In this document: positions 19,323 through 27,585 of the stretch, piece by piece
Layout of the letters: the number at the start of each line of letters is the position of its first letter
Numbering within the stretch: position 1 is the stretch's first letter
Assembly (NCBI GenBank): GCA_964429575.1
Contig: CAYSCX010000012.1
Span: 2,195 to 66,194 of the forward strand
Length of the DNA stretch: 64,000 bases
Direction: 5' to 3'
Origin: an uncultured Candidatus Binatia bacterium
Lineage (GTDB): Bacteria; Desulfobacterota; Binatia; Binatales; Binataceae
Translations under genes and position numbers: made by a program
The notes under the pieces: model-generated
Database searches by the model: none
What the model saw: only the letters and a program-made list of their open reading frames with translations
What the model was told of the DNA's origin: nothing

Positions 19323-19470
19323 TGAATGCCCCTGTGCAGCGGGCTTTGAGTGCCCCCGCGCAATCTTGCCACAAAGGGCCGGATATAGCGCTAGCCGACC
19401 GGGTGCGAGTCCACAGTGCAGAAGGGCGGTTCACGAACCACCGCTGCGAAAAGAGAGAGAGGCGTCAGAA

Positions 19471-20067
19471 TCAGCCGCGAAAAGCGAACGAAGCGAGTGC
19501 TTGGTAGGTCGATGTGGTGTTGCCGCGGATGCTGCGGAACAGTGTGATTGCGCTGACGCGTGCGGCGCTGAAGCGGCGGTGCGCGTGGCGCTTGATCGCG
19601 GTGCGGGCTGTCGTGAACTTGCGCGGGTCGCGCACGCGGCCGATGGTCAGATGAGGCGACCACGCGCGCGTTTCGCGAGCGAAGCCACATTGGACAGCCG
19701 CCGATTCGACGTCTGCAGCGAGTGTCGCGAGACCGTCGCCGTCGATAGCGACCCAGACTACGCGCGGACGCGCCAGATTTGGAAACGCGCCTGCGCCAAT
19801 CGCGACGAGTTCGAGCGCCGGAGTTTCATGCGCCAGCAAACTGACGGCGCGCGCGAGCGCTGCGAGGCGGTCGGGCGGGGCCGCGTCACCGAGGAATTTG
19901 AGCGTCAGATGAAGATTGCGGCGCGGCACCCATCGGATGCCGTCCAACGGCGCGCGAAGTTCGTCGATGAAGGCGGCGATGGCGGATTCGATCTTGTCGC
20001 CGAGTTTGAGCGCGAGGAATGCGCGGACAGGGGTGGTGAGGGTGGAAAGGCTGTCAGCAAGGTCCAT
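19471..20067 (-). CDS. thpR: RNA 2',3'-cyclic phosphodiesterase (2H family, ThpR/LigT)
   Basis: Two H-x-T/S motifs (HLTLKFLG and HLTIGRV), about 198 aa. Confidence 0.8.
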   Translation of the reverse strand: MDLADSLSTLTTPVRAFLALKLGDKIESAIAAFIDELRAPLDGIRWVPRRNLHLTLKFLGDAAPPDRLAALARAVSLLAHETPALELVAIGAGAFPNLARPRVVWVAIDGDGLATLAADVESAAVQCGFARETRAWSPHLTIGRVRDPRKFTTARTAIKRHAHRRFSAARVSAITLFRSIRGNTTSTYQALASFAFRG

Positions 20068-20268
20068 CGGATTCAGACGGGTGCACGCCGTACGCCTCCT
20101 AGGGGTCCGCCGTGCAATTTGTGTAGGGGCGCACGCCGTACGCCCCTACACAAGACATCCTTTCACGACGGGCCGTGGGCGCGCGCGGTGCGTGGCGAAG
20201 AACGCGCGGCTCTCAGAATTGGGATCCCTCGCTCCGCTCGGGATGACCGCGGCGAACTCCCGCAGCGG

Positions 20269-20871
20269 TCATTTCGACAGCTCCCACTCAACGAGCGGCA
20301 GGCGATCGTTGCCAAAGAACATCGAGGTGCCATTAACGAACATGGTCGGCGAGCCGAAGCCGCCGCGCGCCATGAGCTCTTCGGTGTTGGCGCGCAGCTT
20401 GTCCTTGTAGGGCTGCGAAGCGATCTTCTCGAAATACTCCTTGTCGTCGAGGCCGACCTCGCGAACGATCTCGCGCAGCACATCGTCCTGGCTGATATCG
20501 CGATCGTCGCCCCAGTAGCTTTCGAAGACGCGCCGCGAGTACGGAGAGACCTTGCCATGCTCGTGGGCGACTAGGGCGCCGCGCATCGCCTTGACCGAGT
20601 TCACCGGAAAAACGGTCGGATTGCCGATCTTGATTCCGTAGAAGCGCGCCCAGTCCTGCAAATCCTTGACGTAGTACTTCGCCTTGAGCGGCACGGGGGT
20701 TTTACGGCCCTCGTACACGGACGGATTGACCGTGTTGAACACGCCGCCGACGAGAAAGGGACGCCAGATGAGATCGGCGCCGTTGCTCCCCGCGACTTCC
20801 TCGATTTTCGTGAACGCGAGATAGGTCCATGGACTTGAACAGTCGTAGAAGAATTCAAGCTTCTTGGGCAC
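20269..20871 (-). CDS. DsbA-like 2-hydroxychromene-2-carboxylate isomerase family protein
   Basis: KLEFFYDCSSPWTYLAF N-terminal thioredoxin-like motif. The start was reset to a GTG (V48) with GGAGCG upstream. The ORF-track N-terminal extension is Arg/Ser-rich. Confidence 0.65.
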   Translation of the reverse strand: MPKKLEFFYDCSSPWTYLAFTKIEEVAGSNGADLIWRPFLVGGVFNTVNPSVYEGRKTPVPLKAKYYVKDLQDWARFYGIKIGNPTVFPVNSVKAMRGALVAHEHGKVSPYSRRVFESYWGDDRDISQDDVLREIVREVGLDDKEYFEKIASQPYKDKLRANTEELMARGGFGSPTMFVNGTSMFFGNDRLPLVEWELSK

Positions 20872-20956
20872 TTGCGATCGCTCCTTGCGCGATATCCGCC
20901 ACCAGCAGCGCAGCGCGCGATGTTTGAGATAGCACGGCCGCGAGGCGCATTCATAA

Positions 20957-21853
20957 TCAGCGCGCCGCGAGCGCGGGCGGGTTCTCGATGCGGACGAGAT
21001 CGATGCGGACACTGCCGATGAAAGTGCCGGCCTCGACGCGCAGGGGGAGCCGGCGCTCGTCGGCGGAAACCCACACGACCGTGTAACGCGACTTCTTCCG
21101 CAGGTCCTCGTCGCTCAAGTACACGATGCCGGGCACGATGCGGTACGCGTCGAAAACGCCGGCCGGGACCGTGATGCGTTCGACCTTCGCGACTTTGAAG
21201 TCGAACACGTAGCGATGGTTGCCGGTGAAGACGTCGAACATGAAGACGCTGCCGGGGCCGCCCGGCTGCGTCAGCGCCATCATCGCGCCGGTCAGCGGAC
21301 CATAACCGTTGTTGCCGTAGAAGCGTTTTTCTGACCGGCCTTTGCGATTCTTCTTGACCGCGGTGACGAGGCCGGCGCCGCGATCGAAGGTGACGAAATA
21401 TTCGTTCAAGCGATCGTTTTCGTGCTGGAGGAAATAAACTTCGCGCGTTTGCAGCGCAGCGCGGCTCATGTCCTCCTTCATGTAATCGCGCATGCGGAAG
21501 AAAAGATCGGCGAAACGATTGGTCTCGACCCACGCCTCGGCCGTGAGCATCGCGGGATCCCCGGGCTTGGCGTGGAGTTCGACACGCGCGTCGGCGGTCG
21601 GTATTCCCAGCCACGACGCGCGGTAGGTCAGGCGCTGACCCTCGCGGAACGGAAGCGGTCCGGGAGTGTAAACGGGGATGTTGAGGTCGGGCGGGAGGCG
21701 CTGCGGCTCCTTGGGTTTGGCCTGTTTCTTACGCTTGCGCGGCGCGGAGGTGCTCGCATCGGGCGCGGCAGGAGCGGGCGGCGACGCGGCCGTCGCGGAG
21801 ATCGCGACGAGCAGCAACACCACGCCCATCGAGCATAGCGCAATGCGCAGCAT
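20957..21853 (-). CDS. DUF3108-like secreted protein (hypothetical)
   Basis: Signal peptide MLRIALCSMGVVLLLVAISATAA from an internal Met. Family resemblance only. Confidence 0.5.
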   Translation of the reverse strand: MLRIALCSMGVVLLLVAISATAASPPAPAAPDASTSAPRKRKKQAKPKEPQRLPPDLNIPVYTPGPLPFREGQRLTYRASWLGIPTADARVELHAKPGDPAMLTAEAWVETNRFADLFFRMRDYMKEDMSRAALQTREVYFLQHENDRLNEYFVTFDRGAGLVTAVKKNRKGRSEKRFYGNNGYGPLTGAMMALTQPGGPGSVFMFDVFTGNHRYVFDFKVAKVERITVPAGVFDAYRIVPGIVYLSDEDLRKKSRYTVVWVSADERRLPLRVEAGTFIGSVRIDLVRIENPPALAAR

Positions 21854-21926
21854 CGATTGACCCGTTCGGCTTGAATTCGCGATGCGCATGCCCGATAATT
21901 TTTGCTCAATCCGGGAGACAAGGTAA

Positions 21927-22712
21927 ATGGCACGTTCACGCCTGATTCTCGCCGCGATCTTATTTTCGTTCGTCATCATGCCTGCGCTTGCTCACGCCCA
22001 GTACGGCGGGCAGGGGCTCGGGAGCGCGCTCAGCAATAGCTCGATGTCCCATCAGACGAACGCGCGCGCCGGTGTTGACGAGATCACGAACCGCGCATCC
22101 ACGCAGACACCATTCAAGATCATCAAGGACGTCAAGCTCGGAATGAAGGATGCCGACCCGGGGGCGCGAGTGCAGCAGCTGGTGAAGCTTCGCAACGTCA
22201 ACCATCCCGAGGCGGATGGGATCCTGATCGAGGCGTTGTCCGATCCGGACACTCGCGTGAAGGTGAAGGCTGTTGACATTTTGGGCGCACGCACTGTCAA
22301 CGGCGCGGTAACGCGGATGACGCAGATGCTGTTCCTGCGCACGACGGAGCCGATCGTAAAGCTGCACCTGGTGGCAGCGGCGGGAAGAATCGGGGACGCC
22401 GATGCTGCGATGCCGGTGGTCGAGTACTACACCGAGAATCCTGACGAACGCGGGAGAGGAACCGCGGTGTTTGCGCTCGGCGAAATCGGGAGCGACAAGT
22501 CGATTCCCATCCTGACCCACGCGGTCGATGAGGATGAGAGTCCGATGGTGCGGCGGCTGGCCAAGGAAGCGCTTCAAAAGATTGGCGGCGAGTTGCCGAC
22601 GATGCGGAGCCACGACGTGGTGTCCAAGCCTGCGGACGACCGGATTCCGACCGATCAAAAGCTGGCGCAGCTGCGCGAGTTTGATCAGAAGCGCCAGGAA
22701 CTCGAGCGCTAG
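21927..22712 (+). CDS. HEAT/PBS-lyase repeat protein with signal peptide
   Basis: Repeated ...V+..A+..LG..G...A+..L..L.D.D..VR motifs (EALSDPDTRVKVKAVDILG, AVDEDESPMVRRLAKEAL). Confidence 0.65.
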   Translation: MARSRLILAAILFSFVIMPALAHAQYGGQGLGSALSNSSMSHQTNARAGVDEITNRASTQTPFKIIKDVKLGMKDADPGARVQQLVKLRNVNHPEADGILIEALSDPDTRVKVKAVDILGARTVNGAVTRMTQMLFLRTTEPIVKLHLVAAAGRIGDADAAMPVVEYYTENPDERGRGTAVFALGEIGSDKSIPILTHAVDEDESPMVRRLAKEALQKIGGELPTMRSHDVVSKPADDRIPTDQKLAQLREFDQKRQELER

Positions 22713-22773
22713 ATTACCAATCTCGCGCGCGCATCTGCCGATAGATGTGACGGCCGCGGAAGTGGACCAGGCC

Positions 22774-22802
22774 GCGGCGCCGCGTGGCCAACGCAGCGCC
22801 GC
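22774..22802. repeat. REP-like palindromic element, copy 1 (11-bp stem hairpin) between convergent genes
   Basis: gcggcgccgcgtggccaacgcagcgccgc. It matches 27545..27577 in reverse-complement with 2 mismatches over about 30 nt. Confidence 0.6.
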
Positions 22803-22854
22803 GACGGGTGGAACGTCAGGGAACGGCAGACGGGCGCGGCAAACTGCACTCGCG

Positions 22855-23235
22855 TCAGCTTTTCGGAGCGGCCGGCTTGCTCTGCTCGAGCCGCCGCTTT
22901 TTCATCGCCTCGCGCCGCGCATCCCGGTCCTTAAAGAACTGGTCGGGATTGGTGGCGAGCTTCTCTTTGGCCTCGGGATGCCGTTCAAGCCACTTGCCGA
23001 ACCGCGGATTCTCCTTCAGGAATTCCGGGTCTTTGGCGAGCGCCGGATTCTTGCGGACCTGTTCCATAACCGCGCGACGTTCCTGCATGCGCTGATGCAT
23101 CTCAGCGCCGGGCTGAGGATCGGACGCTGCCGGAGGAGCCGCCTGTCCGGTCGCCGACGGCGGTTGCGCGAAGGCTGGCGACGCCAGCGCGCACGCGAGA
23201 ACGAATGCGGTTGCGGTTCCAGTAATGAGTTTCAT
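22855..23235 (-). CDS. small secreted protein (hypothetical), charged and helical after the signal peptide
   Basis: MKLITGTATAFVLACALASPAFAQ signal peptide from an internal Met. The long upstream extension in the ORF track is Arg-rich and non-protein-like. Confidence 0.5.
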   Translation of the reverse strand: MKLITGTATAFVLACALASPAFAQPPSATGQAAPPAASDPQPGAEMHQRMQERRAVMEQVRKNPALAKDPEFLKENPRFGKWLERHPEAKEKLATNPDQFFKDRDARREAMKKRRLEQSKPAAPKS

Positions 23236-23288
23236 ACGGGGTACTCCTTTATCCCAATTGATTATACGAAATGGGGGGCGGCAAAGTT

Positions 23289-23735
23289 TCAACGAGAGGC
23301 GCGGCCCCACGATTCGATAAGATTTTCGAAGGCGCGGCGGAGCTTTGGATCTTTCAGTTCGGGAAGTTCGACCGCGTAACGGGCGCGCCGCGGCACCGGT
23401 CGCAGTTTGGGCCGCTCGCGTCGGGAGAGGCGTCCTTGCACGAAACGCAGCTCGCGCACGCAGTCGTCGGCGAGTGCATCGCGTAGCCGGCGTAGAATTT
23501 CCGGTCTCATCAGATTCAGTTCTTGTATCCACATCGCACCCGACACTTTCACCACCGCGGTGTGGAACTTGAGCGAGACGATCTCGGTGCGACGCGCGAT
23601 CGTTTCGCCGACCACGTCGGGCCACGCGCGAATTACGCGGACGATCGCGAAGTGGCCTTCGGTGTCGAGGTGTTGAAGGAGCGGCGAGATGACGGATGCG
23701 ATCGGCTGAAGTTCGTTGCGGCGATGCGAGCTCAT
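23289..23735 (-). CDS. DUF721 (DciA-like) domain protein
   Basis: 148 aa. The WPDVVGETIARRTEIVSLKFHTAVVKVSGAMWIQEL pattern is typical of DUF721. Confidence 0.55.
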   Translation of the reverse strand: MSSHRRNELQPIASVISPLLQHLDTEGHFAIVRVIRAWPDVVGETIARRTEIVSLKFHTAVVKVSGAMWIQELNLMRPEILRRLRDALADDCVRELRFVQGRLSRRERPKLRPVPRRARYAVELPELKDPKLRRAFENLIESWGRASR

Positions 23736-23750
23736 ACGGCGCAGTACCTT

Positions 23751-23928
23751 AGCAGGGTGTTGAGAAAAGCATGGAACGCCAACTTGGCATCGGCTTTGTT
23801 CTCAATGCCCTGCGTGAAAACCTTGTCCTGAGCAACGGGCGAAGGATCAGGCCGCCATCCTTATCTTCTCCCCCGAAGACGCGAGAGAGGGAGCAGGCTG
23901 TTGAAAATGCCTTTTTCAACAGCCTGCT
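23751..23928 (+). repeat. MITE-like structured repeat, copy A (about 178 bp)
   Basis: Left end agcagggtgttgagaaaagc. Right end ttttcaacagcctgct is its inverted complement. There are internal hairpins, including agcaggctgttgaaaa-tgcc-ttttcaacagcctgct. It is highly similar to 59374..59556 and more diverged from 54111..54264. Confidence 0.7.
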
Positions 23929-24084
23929 GGCTGGTTCGTACGCGCGGACAAATCGCTCGCGCGACGGCTTCGGGAGTGCATTCGCACCGATGAATCCGCT
24001 GATTCAGCGCTATAAGCAGAGCTAAACCAGAAACGACGCTTTGACGCCCTTCCTATTAGGCGAAGTTTTACCAAAATATTATCA

Positions 24085-24175
24085 ACACCCCTATGAATAG
24101 GTTGTTGACACTGCCCTGTATACAACCTGTTGTAGGTCGACGCTTGACAGCACGCACCGAGTGAGAGCATATTTG
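24085..24175 (+). promoter_or_regulatory. AT-rich candidate operator/promoter upstream of nrdJ
   Basis: Two palindromes: CCTATgaATAGG and TGTATACA. A possible promoter is TTGACA-N18-CATATT at about 24144..24173. NrdR-box-like, but not a consensus match. Confidence 0.3.
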
Positions 24176-24286
24176 CCCGCACCATGGCGTGTCTCGCAGT
24201 GATCAGCGCGCCCTAAGAAGGGGGCGCTGACCGATGGGACACGCCACGGTAACGCGACAGCAACCGGGCGGCGGGGAGGAAGGCGG

Positions 24287-27109
24287 ATGGCGGGGGAAGC
24301 CACGACGGGGCTGGAAATGAAGCCTTCTAAGACCGTAGAGCGCACGCAGGCGGGTGGCGGGCGTATCGATTCGGAGGCCGCGCGCAGCCGCGGCTTCGCA
24401 GTCGAGCGGTACTTCACGACGCCGGGCATCGATCCCTATTCCGAGGTCGAGTGGGAGATTCGCTCCGCGGTCATCGCGGGCGAGGACGGACGCGTCGTAT
24501 TTGAACAGCGCGACGTCGAGGTACCGCGCTTTTGGTCGCAGACCGCGACCAACGTGGTGGTCTCGAAATACTTCCGCGGACCGCTCGGCACACCGCGCCG
24601 CGAGACCAGCGTGCGCCAGCTCATCGCGCGCGTGGTGGACACGATCACCGCGTGGGGCGAGCAGCAGGGCTACTTCGCGGTCGGCTCCGAGGAGCGCAGC
24701 ACATTTCACGACGAGTTGACGCATCTGCTGCTCACGCAGAAGGCGGCGTTCAACAGTCCAGTATATTTCAACGTAGGAATCGATCCGAAGCCGCAGTGCT
24801 CCGCCTGTTTCATCCTCAAGGTCGAGGACAACATGGAGTCGATCCTCGGCTGGTACCGCAACGAAGGAATGATTTTCAAGGGCGGTTCCGGCTCGGGCGT
24901 GAATCTCTCGGCGCTCAGATCGTCGCGCGAGAAACTCTCCGCGGGCGGGACCGCGTCGGGACCGCTTTCGTTCATGAAGGCCGCGGACGCATCAGCGGGC
25001 GTGATCAAGTCGGGCGGCAAGACGCGGCGCGCCGCGAAGATGGTCGTGCTCAACGCCGATCACCCGGACATCGTCGATTTCATCAAGTGCAAGCAGGAGG
25101 AAGAGAAGAAGGCGTGGGTGCTGATCGACGCGGGCTACGACGCATCGCTCGACGGGCCGGCGTACGGCTCCGTGTTTTTTCAGAACGCGAACAACTCCGT
25201 GCGCGCGTCCGACGAGTACATGCAGGCGGTGGTGAACGACGGGAAGTGGCAGACGCGATTCGTCCGCAGCGGCGAAGTTGACGCCGAGTACCGCGCGCGC
25301 GACCTGATGCGAATGATCGCCGAGGCGGCGCATGCGTGCGGCGACCCGGGGATGCAGTTCGACACGACGATCAACCTTTGGCACACCTGTCCGGCGTCGG
25401 GGCGCATCAACGCGTCGAATCCGTGCAGCGAGTACATGCATCTGGACAACTCGGCGTGCAATCTCGCGTCGCTAAACTTGCTCCGGTTCCTCGACGATCG
25501 CGGCGAGTTCGATGTGAAGGCGTTTCGCCACGCGGTGGACGTGATGATCACCGCGCAGGACATCGTGATCGATAATTCGTCGTACCCGACCGACGAGATT
25601 ACGAAGAACGCGAAGGCGTTTCGTCAACTCGGGCTCGGCTATGCGAACCTGGGCGCGCTGCTGATGGCGCTCGGGATGCCGTACGACTCCGAGCAGGGGC
25701 GCGACTACGCAGCGGCGATCACTGCATTGATGACCGGCGAGGCGTACCTGCAGTCGGCGCGAGTCGCCGCGCAGATGGGACCGTTCGAGGGCTATCCGCC
25801 GAACCGCGAGCCGATGCTCAAAGTGATCGAGCGGCATCGGAGCTACGCCTACAAGCTCGAACCGGCGCACGTTCCGCTCGAGCTGTTGCGCGCGTCGCGC
25901 GAGGCGTGGGACGACGCGCTGAAAGTCGGACAGCAGTCGGGCTACCGCAATTCGCAGGCGACGGTCATCGCGCCCACCGGCACGATCGCGTTCATGATGG
26001 ACTGCGACACCACCGGCATCGAGCCCGACATCGCGCTCGTCAAATACAAGAAGCTGGTCGGCGGCGGGATGCTGAAGATCGTCAACCAAACGATCCCGCG
26101 CGCGCTTAAGCGGATTGGCTACGATTCGAAAGAGATCCAGGAAATCGTCGAATACCTCGACGAGCACGAGACCATCGAGGGCGCTCCGCACCTGGCGCAG
26201 GCGCATCTCGCGGTGTTCGACTGCGCGTTCAAGCCGCGCGCCGGCTCGAGGACGATTCAATACAACGGGCACCTCAAGATGATGGGCGCGGTGCAGCCGT
26301 TCATCTCGGGCGCGATCTCCAAGACCATCAACATGCCCACCGACGTGACCGTGGATGAAGTCGCCGAGGCGTACCTGACGGCGTGGAAGCTCGGGCTGAA
26401 GGCGGTCGCCATTTATCGCGACGGCTCCAAGCGCACGCAGCCGCTCACCACCGCAAAGAGTGAGAAGGCAGCGCCGTCGGCTCTGGAAGCGGCCAGAGCG
26501 GTCGTCCCCAGCGGCGAGTTCAGGCCGCCGCGGCGCAAGCTCGCCGACGAACGCAAGTCGATCACGCACAAGTTCGATATCGCGGGGCACGAGGGATACA
26601 TCACGGTCGGAAAGTACGAGGACGGCACGCCAGGTGAGATCTTCGTCTCGATGTCGAAGCAGGGCTCGACGATTTCGGGGCTGATGGATTCGTTCGCGAC
26701 CGCGATTTCGTACGCGTTGCAGTACGGCGTGCCGCTGCAATTTTTGGTGGACAAGTTCGCGCACATGCGTTTCGAGCCGTCGGGCTTCACCAAGAATCCG
26801 CAGATTCCGTACGCCAAGTCGATCGTCGATTACCTGTTTCGCTGGCTCGCCTCGAAGTTCCTCGACGAGGAGGCGAAGCGCGAGGTCGGCGTGCAGATGG
26901 AAACGGAGCGCGGCGAGAAGCGCGCGGACACGCCGGCCTTGTCGCTTGCGCCAGTGCCGACGCTCAGCGAGGGCAAGGACAGCGCAATGCGCCAGACATT
27001 TATCAACCAGGCCGATGCGCCGCCGTGTCCCGATTGCGGAAGCATCATGGTGCGCACCGGCTCCTGCTACAAGTGCTTGAACTGCGGAACGACGAGCGGA
27101 TGTTCGTAA
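24287..27109 (+). CDS. nrdJ: class II (adenosylcobalamin-dependent) ribonucleotide reductase
   Basis: 940 aa. KPQCSACFILKVEDNMESI active-site region, PCSEYMHLDNSACNLASLNL, and a C-terminal CPDCG...CYKCLNCG zinc ribbon. GGAGGAAGG Shine-Dalgarno before the ATG. Confidence 0.9.
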   Translation: MAGEATTGLEMKPSKTVERTQAGGGRIDSEAARSRGFAVERYFTTPGIDPYSEVEWEIRSAVIAGEDGRVVFEQRDVEVPRFWSQTATNVVVSKYFRGPLGTPRRETSVRQLIARVVDTITAWGEQQGYFAVGSEERSTFHDELTHLLLTQKAAFNSPVYFNVGIDPKPQCSACFILKVEDNMESILGWYRNEGMIFKGGSGSGVNLSALRSSREKLSAGGTASGPLSFMKAADASAGVIKSGGKTRRAAKMVVLNADHPDIVDFIKCKQEEEKKAWVLIDAGYDASLDGPAYGSVFFQNANNSVRASDEYMQAVVNDGKWQTRFVRSGEVDAEYRARDLMRMIAEAAHACGDPGMQFDTTINLWHTCPASGRINASNPCSEYMHLDNSACNLASLNLLRFLDDRGEFDVKAFRHAVDVMITAQDIVIDNSSYPTDEITKNAKAFRQLGLGYANLGALLMALGMPYDSEQGRDYAAAITALMTGEAYLQSARVAAQMGPFEGYPPNREPMLKVIERHRSYAYKLEPAHVPLELLRASREAWDDALKVGQQSGYRNSQATVIAPTGTIAFMMDCDTTGIEPDIALVKYKKLVGGGMLKIVNQTIPRALKRIGYDSKEIQEIVEYLDEHETIEGAPHLAQAHLAVFDCAFKPRAGSRTIQYNGHLKMMGAVQPFISGAISKTINMPTDVTVDEVAEAYLTAWKLGLKAVAIYRDGSKRTQPLTTAKSEKAAPSALEAARAVVPSGEFRPPRRKLADERKSITHKFDIAGHEGYITVGKYEDGTPGEIFVSMSKQGSTISGLMDSFATAISYALQYGVPLQFLVDKFAHMRFEPSGFTKNPQIPYAKSIVDYLFRWLASKFLDEEAKREVGVQMETERGEKRADTPALSLAPVPTLSEGKDSAMRQTFINQADAPPCPDCGSIMVRTGSCYKCLNCGTTSGCS

Positions 27110-27544
27110 AGAGTTATGCCCCGGGGGAGTCGAAAGGATGAGGTCCCATCGTCCAAGCCGGGTGTTGTGACGTGGTTGCTGGGAGAAGCCGAAGGCGGCG
27201 CCCAGAGTTTGAGAGGATGTTGGTTGTTGGCTGAAGATTCCCCCGGGGGTCCCACGTTGTAAGCAGGCAGGAGACTTCGCCCTGCTTCAAAATGTGGGGT
27301 GGGGTGGCGGATGTGGTGACGGCAGGAGGGGCGGTGGCAACACCGCCCCTCCGCAATTTGTGGGGAGGTGACTATCTGTCATTCCGAACGACGCGAGGAA
27401 TCCCGGTCTCTGTCGTTCGTCTCCGCTACGGATCCGCGACTCTTCGCTACGCGCACTGCGCTCTGAATGATAGCGGTGATTGGCGGGGGCGCCGCCTCTC
27501 CCTCCGATGGGAGAGGCCGCGGGGAACCCGCGGGTGAGGGTCGA

Positions 27545-27577
27545 GCGCGGCGCTGCGTTGGCCGCGCAGCGCCGCGC
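27545..27577. repeat. REP-like palindromic element, copy 2 (13-bp stem hairpin), 8 nt downstream of the 27586 minus-strand gene
   Basis: gcgcggcgctgcgttggccgcgcagcgccgcgc is the reverse complement of copy 1 with 2 mismatches. Confidence 0.6.
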
Positions 27578-27585
27578 CAGCCGTG

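Noticed and set aside
19222-20574. 450-aa plus-strand ORF spanning recA, thpR and the intergenic region
   Set aside because: It is antisense to two well-supported genes and crosses a structured spacer. No homology.
23771-24025. Small ORFs embedded in repeat copies A and C (23771..24025 plus and 59380..59586 plus), with similar peptides LASALF(S/P)(M/T)PCVKTLS
   Set aside because: The peptide similarity is a by-product of the nucleotide repeat. The substitutions between copies preserve hairpin pairing rather than protein properties.
24532-26764. ORFs 24532..25281 plus and 25472..26764 minus (430 aa) inside nrdJ
   Set aside because: These are alternative or antisense frames of a 940-aa ribonucleotide reductase with unmistakable motifs.
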